Positions 12,204-20,405 of a stretch of DNA of 29,485 bases are shown here, in pieces (positions within the stretch are counted from its first letter, which is position 1; each line of letters starts with the position of its first letter). The translations under genes were made by a program, and so were the position numbers. The notes under the pieces were generated by a model, which had not been told where the DNA came from, ran no database searches, and saw only the letters and a program-made list of their open reading frames with translations. Source of the stretch: Microcystaceae cyanobacterium (GTDB lineage Bacteria > Cyanobacteriota > Cyanobacteriia > Cyanobacteriales > Microcystaceae); NCBI GenBank assembly GCA_041746575.1, contig JBGTGT010000003.1:1-29485 (forward strand), given 5' to 3'.

Positions 12204-13034
12204 CTAGGAAGTGATTAACTTCCGATTTTTTAGATCAAAGCCGTATCCACTTGGCAGAATGTGCAGTTTAATCCCACTTAAGGCTAAAGCTTCATCTTTA
12301 AGGCGTTCTTTGATATTGTTATAACTAGCTTCTTTCAAGTCAGCGACTGTACACGCACCACTTCCCACCACTTTGAACTGATGATCTTTAACGATGATTG
12401 CCGTATCCTCATCAATGCCCAAACCAATCAAGTTAGGATGAGCGGCAAGGGCAGCTAATAAGCGTCCTAAGCGTCCACGCTGGGCAAAGTGCTGATCAAC
12501 AATGGCTTCCGGCAAGAAGCTCATGCCTTCGTCTAAATCCACTACTTCTAAGCGGGGGTGCGTTTCTGCTTCTCCTTCCACGATCATGGTATTCGACATC
12601 ATACTCGCTCCAGCACTCGTGCCACCGACGACCACTCCTTCGGCATATCGTCGGTGTAACGCTTTGTCAATCTCTGTATTTTTAAGAATCTCCGTAATGC
12701 GAGCTTGATCTCCGCCGGTAAAAAATATCCCTGTCGCCTTGTCAAGCGTTTTAAGAAAGCTGGTGTTTTCTGCATCCTCACGATCTACCGTATCTATAAT
12801 GCGAATATCCTCAACTCCTAATCTTTCAAAGACCCGAATATAGTCTTCTCCGACCTCTTTGGATAATTCAGTGGCGACGGTCATGATGGCAATTCGTGCC
12901 TCAGATCCCCCAGCACAGCGAATGAATTCTCGTAAAACGTGGCATTCTCTTTCCTTATCTTCGGCTCCGCCGATAATAACCAATTGTCCAGTTTTTTGGA
13001 CTTTTTCTGCTTGCTGTTTGACACTCGTTTCCAT
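12204..13034 (-). CDS. cphB: Cyanophycinase (peptidase S51)
   Basis: IIGGAEDK, FFTGGDQ, GGTSAGA (catalytic Ser), DQHFAQRGRLGRL, GIDEDTA. Confidence 0.9.
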   Translation of the reverse strand: METSVKQQAEKVQKTGQLVIIGGAEDKERECHVLREFIRCAGGSEARIAIMTVATELSKEVGEDYIRVFERLGVEDIRIIDTVDREDAENTSFLKTLDKATGIFFTGGDQARITEILKNTEIDKALHRRYAEGVVVGGTSAGASMMSNTMIVEGEAETHPRLEVVDLDEGMSFLPEAIVDQHFAQRGRLGRLLAALAAHPNLIGLGIDEDTAIIVKDHQFKVVGSGACTVADLKEASYNNIKERLKDEALALSGIKLHILPSGYGFDLKNRKLITS

Positions 13035-13236
13035 ATCGCCTCCTATTCGGCTGAGGATACTGCCATGATGATAATAATCAATTAAAGCAGGACAAACGAA
13101 ACCAGAGATACTTGCCTTTTGGTATATTTTTATACAGATATTGCAATGTCTTTGGATAGATGGCTAAACGATGAAGATTCTTATAAAGTTAACTTTAGAT
13201 GACGGAATGATGAATTTATGGAAAATTCTGCTAATC

Positions 13237-13911
13237 TTAACTCACAAAATGAACCTGACTGAGAACATAACGTAAGCGGTCATAATCATCTTTAAGTAAA
13301 AAGCTTAACTGGCGACCTACCTGTACTAACCAGTTTCGATCAGCGTGACGGAGTTGATAGATTTCTCGAATGGCGGCAGCTATTAATCCTTCAACGGGAA
13401 CGTCTCTCACTTGTAGTAAAATTCTTAAAAAATCTAAGCGATCGCTAAAATTGACGATTTCTATTGAATCACAACGATAAACCCCTTGATGAATTTGAGG
13501 AGGACGTGGGGGAATATATTGATAAATTTGTCCTTTGGTGTCTGTTTTGCCGTTGCTAACGCGCTGGGGAGGTTCAAACCCCACAATGCAGGTGCGAAAC
13601 TCCGTTTTCAACATGGCGAAGATTTGCGGTTGTTGTTCCCGTAATTCTTTGAGGGATAAGCCTAATGCTCTCGCTCGGTGTACTGAATCAATTGGCGTCG
13701 TTGTTGCGTAAGTCACAATGGCAAAAATTTTATTACCGGATTCTTCGTCCCAAGATTTCACCCAACTACCAAAAGGAGGCATTGGTGGGAAGTTGAGGTC
13801 TTCGGGTTCTAAGCATTGGGCTAAAAATCCCGTGGTTGAAGTTTCAATGACTTCGCCAATATGACTTGGATGACGATGATCACTCTGAAATTGAGGGATA
13901 GGTAACCGCAT
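13237..13911 (-). CDS. HAS-barrel domain-containing protein
   Basis: HIGEVIETSTT.FLAQC, PPFGSWVK and YQYIPPRPPQIH resemble the cyanobacterial HAS-barrel family. ATG 13911. Confidence 0.7.
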   Translation of the reverse strand: MRLPIPQFQSDHRHPSHIGEVIETSTTGFLAQCLEPEDLNFPPMPPFGSWVKSWDEESGNKIFAIVTYATTTPIDSVHRARALGLSLKELREQQPQIFAMLKTEFRTCIVGFEPPQRVSNGKTDTKGQIYQYIPPRPPQIHQGVYRCDSIEIVNFSDRLDFLRILLQVRDVPVEGLIAAAIREIYQLRHADRNWLVQVGRQLSFLLKDDYDRLRYVLSQVHFVS

Positions 13912-14062
13912 TGTAAGAGGCAAGAGGAAGCGAGAGGAAAATGCTGACAGTTAGGGAGTTTTAGTGTTTTCCCTGTCTTAAACTTCCTTTTAGGACTATA
14001 TAAGCTAAGACACATTGACAGTTGAATCAGCTTTAATCCTTTGATTTTGCTTTCAGCTTAAC

Positions 14063-14245
14063 TTACTTTTTAGTAGGATCAACCGCTTCAAGTTCTGAGA
14101 GTCGAAAGGTCACCAATTTATCCCAATTACCTCCTTCAAAGAGAACGGCGGCCTTTCCATCACTCAGCCGTTGCACGATGCCTTGAAAACGATAATAGGT
14201 GTCTTCTGAATTGGTCACTTGAACAATACTACCGGGGAAAATCAT
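14063..14245 (-). CDS. ndhS: NAD(P)H dehydrogenase (NDH-1) subunit S
   Basis: MIFPG...[32 protein letters not shown] is the NdhS signature. Confidence 0.93.
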   Translation of the reverse strand: MIFPGSIVQVTNSEDTYYRFQGIVQRLSDGKAAVLFEGGNWDKLVTFRLSELEAVDPTKK

Positions 14246-14462
14246 AAGCATTAACAAAAGGATTTCTTTCGCTTAATTTAACATGAAATGAGAATAATAT
14301 AGCTAGTCTCTTGAAATCGTGAACGGACGGGATGAGACGAGGAAATAGGGAATGGGGAACAGATATTGTTTACAACTGCTAAAAGACTGACTATAGGTAG
14401 GCAACAGTCAATCATAATCGAGCATTATCTACCTAATCAATGTTAGTATTTAATCGTTTTCT

Positions 14463-15125
14463 TTAATCCTCCGCACGGAGCGTGTAAGAGAACTTATTCG
14501 TAGCCGATTTGTTGTCGAGTTTCACAGAAACTTCATCCCCTTGAACGCCTGTCAGTTTGATGGTCTGTTTCTCGTTCGTTTTGGACTGTTGCGCATTAGT
14601 ATCATTAAATGTGCGTGTTGCTAATTCTGTCCATTGACCATTCGGGCGATGCTTGCAAACAACGACACTGGTTTTGGCTTTTCCATCTCGTTCAGTAATG
14701 GTCAGCGTGAGTTGATCTTTTTGAAGAGGAGGAACAGTAATAAACGTTCGAGTACCAAGACCCATTGGCAGATTTCCCTTAAGATTTTGATTTAATTCAA
14801 GAAGACGAGCATTCAATGTTGCCCATGAATTTTTAGCAATTGATTTATTCCACCATTGTGTCAAACTGTCAGTTAAGCTAGTAGCAGTTACTGCGTTTTT
14901 ATAGCAGTCCAACACGTCTCGCTCATTAAATTCTTGGCCGTTCGATAAAGCAATTTTGATAGCAGAACAACCGGCGGCGATGGCTTCCGTCCCAAATTTT
15001 TCAAAAGCCTCGGCCGCAACTTTTGAGGCAGATTGACAATCTCCTGCCCATGCTATCCCCGGCGTGACAACAAACATAATGGTACACATTAACAGCGGGA
15101 TCAAAAACTTGCAAAAGCCTTTCAT
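14463..15125 (-). CDS. Secreted hypothetical protein
   Basis: Signal peptide ending AWA, GGAG RBS, four Cys in the mature part and a beta-rich C-terminus; family not recognised. Confidence 0.75.
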   Translation of the reverse strand: MKGFCKFLIPLLMCTIMFVVTPGIAWAGDCQSASKVAAEAFEKFGTEAIAAGCSAIKIALSNGQEFNERDVLDCYKNAVTATSLTDSLTQWWNKSIAKNSWATLNARLLELNQNLKGNLPMGLGTRTFITVPPLQKDQLTLTITERDGKAKTSVVVCKHRPNGQWTELATRTFNDTNAQQSKTNEKQTIKLTGVQGDEVSVKLDNKSATNKFSYTLRAED

Positions 15126-15247
15126 CGTTAAGATCTCCTAATTTTATTTAAAGTGTTATTATATAAATATTTTATCAGTTGATGTCGGTAATTCTTGAAA
15201 AAGTTTATGGCCGAAATAAATCTTAATGGTTGCAGTCTCCAATAACA

Positions 15248-15967
15248 TTAATTTTCAAAATTCCAATGAATAATAGAAAATTGTTTCTTTTGTCCTTCAA
15301 ATGCGATGGAAGCAACATAATCGGAATCCACCGGAAAGGATAATAAATCCCAATAATTTTGGGTTATTAAAGGTAACACGCAATCGCCTTGTCGAGTAAA
15401 AGCCATTTGTGTTAAGCCGCCACTAATTCCTACTCCGATTCCCTTTAAATAGGCTTCTTTTGCTGTCCAAATTTGAAAAAAGGCTTTTTGCTTATCTTGA
15501 CCCTTTAACCCTTGAATAAATCTAAATTCTTCAGAACAGAAAAACCGTTTGGTTAGGTTATCTATTTCTTTGATTTCCCTAATTTTTTCGATATCAACGC
15601 CTATCCATCCCTGAAAACGGATTCCATAAATGGCTTTATCTTCCGAATGGGAAAGATTAAATTGTAAATTGTCTGGGTTATTTTGTTGAGGAATAAATGG
15701 TTTACCTTTGTCGCTATATTTAAAGGAAATTTGCTGAGGATTGAGGTTTAAATATTGCCCTAAGATTTGTCTCAGTCTGCCTCTGGTAATAATATAGCGA
15801 CGCTGAAGATGGTCAAAAGCAAACCGTTCTGCCCTTTGTTTTTCTTCAGTAGAAATGAGTGTTTTTAAGTTATTTATCTCCTCTGAAGATGCCTTTAAAT
15901 GAACGTGCCACAGATGAATCAAAGCGGGATCATTTAAGCATAAATCATTTGACATAACGGGTGTCAT
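15248..15967 (-). CDS. Sfp/HetI-type 4'-phosphopantetheinyl transferase
   Basis: GKP, FNLSHS, IGVDIE, FFQIWTAKEAYLKGIG.G. Confidence 0.92.
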   Translation of the reverse strand: MTPVMSNDLCLNDPALIHLWHVHLKASSEEINNLKTLISTEEKQRAERFAFDHLQRRYIITRGRLRQILGQYLNLNPQQISFKYSDKGKPFIPQQNNPDNLQFNLSHSEDKAIYGIRFQGWIGVDIEKIREIKEIDNLTKRFFCSEEFRFIQGLKGQDKQKAFFQIWTAKEAYLKGIGVGISGGLTQMAFTRQGDCVLPLITQNYWDLLSFPVDSDYVASIAFEGQKKQFSIIHWNFEN

Positions 15968-15973
15968 GAAGAG

Positions 15974-16474
15974 TTAAACAACTGTTTCAACTAAGCCGGA
16001 TTCAGATTCATCAGTTGTTGGGGTTGTCTTAAGAAATTTCTCAATATTGTCAATCGTCATAAACGCTAAGTAACGTTGACTCATTTCTGGACATAAAACT
16101 TCGATAAGGAGATGATTTTCCACCCAAACTTCTAATAAATCAAAAGGGCCGCGATCACAATAACGTACCATCCAACCTTCTCTTTGGGCTAGTTCTTCAA
16201 TGTCAGTGGGACTGAGCGGCGTAGAAAGAGCAAGATGGGTGGCGGTAAAATGAGAAGGAGAGCGATTAACCTGAGAAATCACCTCTGTTTCCCCCGGAAT
16301 GAGTTCAAGGCCGAGCGGTTCAATTTCAATCGCTGTTCCATAATAATCGTCAACAACGACGATGTAAGAGTCAGGAAAGACAGGAAAGGGAAAGGCCTTG
16401 CCCTGTATCATCTCAGCAATAACATCAGCGACATGGGCAGGGTTTTGTACAGCAATGGATAGGTGATGTAACAT
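15974..16474 (-). CDS. VOC/glyoxalase-like hypothetical protein
   Basis: Paired MLHHLSIAV...AIEIEP and THLAL...EVWVEN..LIEV pattern. ATG 16474. Confidence 0.65.
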   Translation of the reverse strand: MLHHLSIAVQNPAHVADVIAEMIQGKAFPFPVFPDSYIVVVDDYYGTAIEIEPLGLELIPGETEVISQVNRSPSHFTATHLALSTPLSPTDIEELAQREGWMVRYCDRGPFDLLEVWVENHLLIEVLCPEMSQRYLAFMTIDNIEKFLKTTPTTDESESGLVETVV

Positions 16475-16652
16475 ACAACTAACTTCTCTTAGGATGTAAT
16501 GATTCAAAGAATTTCTCTGAATATCTACATTTTACTGAACCTGAATTCCAGAAAAATCATCAGTTTTGCCCAGCAAAAGATCATAAATTTGCTGTCGTTG
16601 ATTCTAAATGATAGGATATTAAGTTAACTTAATAAAAGTTTAAACTTTAGAC

Positions 16653-17660
16653 ATGGGCAAGCAAAGAGTATTATCTGGCGTTCAACCGACGGGAAACTTA
16701 CATTTAGGCAATTATTTAGGGGCGATTCGCAACTGGGTTGAGATTCAAGAGCAATATGACAATTTCTTCTGCGTGGTGGATCTTCATGCGATCACAGTGC
16801 CTCACAACCCTAAAACCTTGGCAGAGGATACTTACACAATTGCCGCTTTGTATCTTGCTTGTGGCATTAGCTTAGCGTATTCTACCATTTTTGTGCAATC
16901 TCACGTTCCAGCCCATGCAGAACTGACTTGGCTCTTGAATTGTATCACGCCCCTGAATTGGCTCGAAAGAATGATTCAGTTTAAGGAAAAAAGAGTCAAA
17001 CAAGGAGAAAATGTTAGTGTGGGCTTATTCGATTACCCTGTTTTGATGGCCGCCGATATCTTACTCTACGATGCTGATCAAGTCCCTGTTGGCGAAGATC
17101 AAAAGCAACACCTTGAGTTAACCCGTGATATTGCTATTCGTATTAATGACCAATTTGGCAAAAAAAAGGCGATTTTTAAGCTTCCTGACCCTTTAATTCG
17201 CAGTGAGGGGGCAAGGGTGATGAGTTTAAGCGACGGACGTAGCAAAATGTCTAAATCTGATCCTTCAGAGTTGAGTCGCATTAACCTTCTAGATTCTCCT
17301 GAAGACATTCAACGCAAATTTAAAAAGTGCAAAACCGACGCCTTAAGGGGGCTAGAATTCGATAACCCAGAACGTCCTGAATGCCACAATCTTTTAGGGC
17401 TATATAGCCTTCTATCAGGGAAAACGAAACCTGAAGTCTCCCTAGAATGTCAAGATATGGGATGGGGACAATTTAAACCCCTTATTACCGAGGTTGTAAT
17501 TGAATACCTTAAACCGATTCGGGAGCAATATCAAGACATTGTAGAAGATAAGGATTATTTAGGAAAAGTTCTAAAAAATGGACAAGAAAAAGCCTCCACC
17601 GTTGCCAATCAAACTCTTTCGCGAGTTAAAGATGCCATGGGCTATCTGCCTTCTTTTTAA
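16653..17660 (+). CDS. trpS: Tryptophan--tRNA ligase
   Basis: SGVQPTGNLHLGNYLG (HIGH), VPVGEDQKQHLELTRD, KMSKS. Confidence 0.97.
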   Translation: MGKQRVLSGVQPTGNLHLGNYLGAIRNWVEIQEQYDNFFCVVDLHAITVPHNPKTLAEDTYTIAALYLACGISLAYSTIFVQSHVPAHAELTWLLNCITPLNWLERMIQFKEKRVKQGENVSVGLFDYPVLMAADILLYDADQVPVGEDQKQHLELTRDIAIRINDQFGKKKAIFKLPDPLIRSEGARVMSLSDGRSKMSKSDPSELSRINLLDSPEDIQRKFKKCKTDALRGLEFDNPERPECHNLLGLYSLLSGKTKPEVSLECQDMGWGQFKPLITEVVIEYLKPIREQYQDIVEDKDYLGKVLKNGQEKASTVANQTLSRVKDAMGYLPSF

Positions 17661-17678
17661 ATAAACTCATTATCGGTT

Positions 17679-18572
17679 ATGCTTAACAAATTACGTCAGG
17701 CGGCTCAAAATAAAGAATTTTTGATTACAGCAGAGGTGACGCCTCCTAAAGGGGGAAATCCTCTTAGAATGCTTGAAGTTGCTCAACATTTGCAGGGAAG
17801 GGTACACGCTGTCAACATTACTGATGGTAGTCGTGCTGTATTGCGAATGTCTTCAGTTGCCGCTTCAGTGTTACTGTTGCAACGGGGTATTGAACCGATT
17901 TGTCAGGTGGCTTGTCGCGATCGCAATGTGATTGGCTTACAGGGGGACTTAATGGGGGCTTATGCCTTGGGAATTCGCAATATACTGGCGTTAACAGGTG
18001 ATCCGATCAAAGCAGGAGATCATCAAAAATCCAAGCCTGTTTTTGAGCTAGAATCCGTTAGATTACTGCAATTAATTCATAAATTAAACTTAGGAGTAGA
18101 TTTTAATCAAAAAGAACTGCCTGACGATGCCTTAGACCTTTTTGCGGGAGCTGCAGTTGATCCTCAACTGAAAAGTTGGTCGAGTTTACAACAACGTTTT
18201 GAGAAGAAAGTGTCTGCTGGAGCGCAATTTTTTCAAAGTCAGTTAATTACAGATTTTGAGCGATTAGACAAGTTTATGACTCAAATTGCTCGTCCAACGA
18301 GCCAAAAACCCATTTTAGCGGGTATTTTCCTCTTAAAATCGGCGAAGAATGCTCAATTTATTAACCGTTGTGTACCGGGGGTACAGATTCCCGATGAAAT
18401 CATTAACCGTTTGGCAAAAGCGAATGATCCTTTAAAAGAAGGGGTCAAAATTGCCGCAGAGCAGGTTAAAATGGCTCAGAACTTATGTGATGGTGTCCAC
18501 ATGATGGCCATTAAGCGGGAAGACTTGATTCCTGAGATCCTCGATTTAGCAGGAATTCAACCGATTGAATAA
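17679..18572 (+). CDS. metF: Methylenetetrahydrofolate reductase
   Basis: AEVTPPKG, NITDGSRA, CRDRN..GLQ, LALTGD, KK..AGAQFFQSQ. Confidence 0.9.
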   Translation: MLNKLRQAAQNKEFLITAEVTPPKGGNPLRMLEVAQHLQGRVHAVNITDGSRAVLRMSSVAASVLLLQRGIEPICQVACRDRNVIGLQGDLMGAYALGIRNILALTGDPIKAGDHQKSKPVFELESVRLLQLIHKLNLGVDFNQKELPDDALDLFAGAAVDPQLKSWSSLQQRFEKKVSAGAQFFQSQLITDFERLDKFMTQIARPTSQKPILAGIFLLKSAKNAQFINRCVPGVQIPDEIINRLAKANDPLKEGVKIAAEQVKMAQNLCDGVHMMAIKREDLIPEILDLAGIQPIE

Positions 18573-18762
18573 CCTTAATCCTAACCCACAATGAGAACTC
18601 AGATTAAATCAACTCCCTCCGCACAAGAATTTTAGCGATTGATTTCTGCTAATAAATAATAAATTAAAGGCAAATGAATGATTAATTACCTTGATTAATA
18701 CAATTATTATCTTTAAGTGTTCTTGAATTTTGAACAAAGTTAATTAGTTAGCATGAGTTAAA

Positions 18763-19629
18763 TTACAATACAGTTGACTTAAAGTATTGTGCATAAAGCC
18801 GTTTCACCTTTTCTCGATAAAGTTTTCGGACATTTTCAGGAGCGATAATTATACAATCCTCCCAGTAAGGAGAAATTTCTCGAAAAAACCAAAAGGTACT
18901 ATAAATAGGACGAATAACTCGCCGAATCGGGGGATCACCTTCTAATTCCCCGATAAATCGATCTTGATTAGTCGAGTTGTAAGCAAAAGCCAGTCCTTCC
19001 AAAAGATGAAACTCGACGGCGACTCGTTGTAAATCGATTTCCCATTGACGATCAATGGACGTTACCGCCGCTTCTTGAATACGATCTAAGCGGAGACAGC
19101 GATTGTGCCTCAATTCGGGAATATCTTGGCTTCCCTCGGTTTCTTCACAGCGACACATTAAGTATTGGCGTTTTTCGATCAGTTGGATTTGAGCATGAAG
19201 TACCGTAAAGTGAAAAAGTCGTCCTCCCGCATCCTGATAAGTCAACTTAAAGGGTTGACGTTCTTTGATGTACTGCTCCATCTGTTGTCGCCACCCTGTT
19301 TGAAGGATATCCAAGAAGCTTTCAATCTTCCGACGAAAGGGAGCTTGGAGTTCACTGCGCTGTACCAGTATTCCGGCAATTTCTTTTGCATTGTCGATTT
19401 TTCCAAGGTCTATTAAGGCTTGTCTGGCTTGTTCGAGAGCTTGGATTCTTTCTTGTGTCCAATCGTGGTTTGACGCAATCAGCAGTTCTTGTCGAGCGAT
19501 CGCTTTCAACAAACGTGAGATATTGGGCTTTTCCCCCCATTTCATTCCTTTTTCGTGAGCTAAGGCTTCTAATTGCAGTTTTTCTTGTTCAGAAATAGAG
19601 AGAGTGATCGATTGTCCTTTGCGTCCCAT
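18763..19629 (-). CDS. WYL-domain transcriptional regulator (type I-D associated, Sll7009-like)
   Basis: N-terminal ribbon-helix-helix-like SITLSISEQEK...PNISRLL, central WYL-like LTYQDA...RQYL...LRLDRI, and C-terminal FWFFREI..Y..DC.II.PE.VR. Divergent from the cas operon. Confidence 0.85.
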   Translation of the reverse strand: MGRKGQSITLSISEQEKLQLEALAHEKGMKWGEKPNISRLLKAIARQELLIASNHDWTQERIQALEQARQALIDLGKIDNAKEIAGILVQRSELQAPFRRKIESFLDILQTGWRQQMEQYIKERQPFKLTYQDAGGRLFHFTVLHAQIQLIEKRQYLMCRCEETEGSQDIPELRHNRCLRLDRIQEAAVTSIDRQWEIDLQRVAVEFHLLEGLAFAYNSTNQDRFIGELEGDPPIRRVIRPIYSTFWFFREISPYWEDCIIIAPENVRKLYREKVKRLYAQYFKSTVL

Positions 19630-19865
19630 AGTGTACGTCCACTTTGTCCGTAAAAATATTGCATATCTTCATTATCAAGGTTAAAAATAGAGATAGCAAT
19701 AGTTTAAGTACATTAAATACGGAGGTAGAAAATAGAGTATAAATAATACTCAAATATTTTTGATAACGAGGGTAATCTTTGAGTCGTTTTGGGGAAGTCT
19801 TGTATTGAAGGAGGATTAAAGAAAAGATGTTCTCAATGCAATTGCTCAATCAGGCGCATTTACGC

Positions 19866-19890
19866 AAAAAGCTAGAGTTTAACCCTAGCT
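19866..19890 (-). terminator. Intrinsic terminator of the CRISPR-like RNA
   Basis: Minus strand reads AGCTAGGG-TTAAA-CTCTAGCT then TTTT, directly after the second repeat. Confidence 0.75.
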
Positions 19891-19981
19891 TACAATCCCT
19901 CATAGGGATTAATCATGGAAAAAGGGGATTTTTAGCCTTAATCGCTGTATTCTTTCAATTCCTCAGAGGATTTATTCAGCT
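19866..19981 (-). ncRNA. Putative Cas-regulating CRISPR-like RNA (crlRNA/CreR-type), about 115-nt precursor
   Basis: Promoter, two repeat-like units, a spacer and a terminator lie in order on one strand. Predicted Cas6-matured form is 19959-19897 (63 nt). Confidence 0.75.
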
Positions 19982-19987
19982 TCCTCA
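19889..19987 (-). CRISPR. CRISPR-like mini-array: pseudo-repeat (19987-19952), 27-nt spacer (19951-19925), repeat (19924-19889)
   Basis: Minus strand: TGAGGAAGCTGAATAAATCCTCTGAGGAATTGAAAG / AATACAGCGATTAAGGCTAAAAATCCC / CTTTTTCCATGATTAATCCCTATGAGGGATTGTAAG. The repeats share 21 of their 27 3' positions and carry 3'-proximal hairpins with ATTG(A/T)AAG ends, like cyanobacterial I-D repeats. Confidence 0.85.
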
Positions 19988-20016
19988 TTATATCAAAGGT
20001 TTTGTATTGTGTTCAA
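19987..20016 (-). promoter_or_regulatory. Sigma70-type promoter for the mini-array
   Basis: TTGAAC (20016-20011), 18-nt spacer ending TGA, then TATAAT (19992-19987), an extended -10. Predicted TSS about 19980-19981. Confidence 0.75.
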
Positions 20017-20037
20017 TAAATGAGTAAAGATAGACTT

Positions 20038-20055
20038 CTTAATCGCTGTATTAAC
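20038..20055 (-). promoter_or_regulatory. Partial protospacer with GTT PAM targeted by the mini-array spacer
   Basis: Minus strand GTT (20055-20053) is followed by AATACAGCGATTAAG (20052-20038), identical to spacer nt 1-15 (19951-19937). Confidence 0.85.
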
Positions 20056-20063
20056 CTACTTTG

Positions 20064-20072
20064 TGCTAATCT
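20064..20072 (+). promoter_or_regulatory. Putative extended -10 of the cas operon promoter
   Basis: TG-C-TAATCT. The implied -35 position (about 20044-20049) lies inside the protospacer. Confidence 0.55.
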
Positions 20073-20153
20073 AAAAAATAAGTGAACTAAGACACGGTAA
20101 GCCTTATCCACCTATTCCTTTATCATACTTATTTTTCTAGGGTAGGGCATGAC

Positions 20154-20405
20154 TTGTCTGGTTCGCAAGTATCCAATGAATTAAGTAAGAAGTTTTTTCC
20201 AATGTCACTACCAGAACGTATGCTTCGTTTGATGTCCGATGGTGCATGGTATTCCAGTGATGAATTGGTGGAAAAAATTAGTCATCGCTTTTCTGCTACA
20301 AAGCACATTCTTGAAAAACGAGGGTTTAAGTTTGAAAAACGCCGTCTTCAAGGACAACAACACGAATACAGATTAGTGATTGACTCAAAAGCGATCGCTA
20401 AATAA
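20154..20405 (+). CDS. Small winged-HTH-like protein, first ORF of the cas operon
   Basis: ERMLRLMSDGAWYSSDELVEKISHRFSATKHILEKRGFKFE...EYRL has a wHTH-like pattern. Start is TTG 20154 or ATG 20202. Confidence 0.7.
   Translation: MSGSQVSNELSKKFFPMSLPERMLRLMSDGAWYSSDELVEKISHRFSATKHILEKRGFKFEKRRLQGQQHEYRLVIDSKAIAK

Noticed and set aside
14341..14362. GGAAATAG/GGAATGG/GGAACAG heptamer-like run, with a similar AACTATC run near 28343-28360
   Set aside because: Only 2-3 degenerate units of STRR-like sequence; too weak to call.
15248..15967. PPTase as a marker of a PKS/NRPS cluster
   Set aside because: No carrier-protein or synthase genes nearby; likely the general-purpose enzyme.
19589..19849. 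86-aa minus-strand ORF upstream of and overlapping WYL
   Set aside because: TTG start and AT-rich low-information translation overlapping the WYL start; likely spurious.
19889..19987. Mini-array as a decayed remnant of an immune array
   Set aside because: Own promoter and terminator, a compensatory stem change and a PAM-flanked local target point to a maintained regulatory function.
19827..20027. 66-aa plus-strand ORF over the mini-array
   Set aside because: No recognisable protein features; the DNA is better explained by the minus-strand RNA unit.
20149..20184. 11-codon ORF (MTCLVRKYPMN) as a CreT-like RNA toxin
   Set aside because: Lacks the tandem rare codons directly after the start and the clear downstream hairpin; SD is weak.
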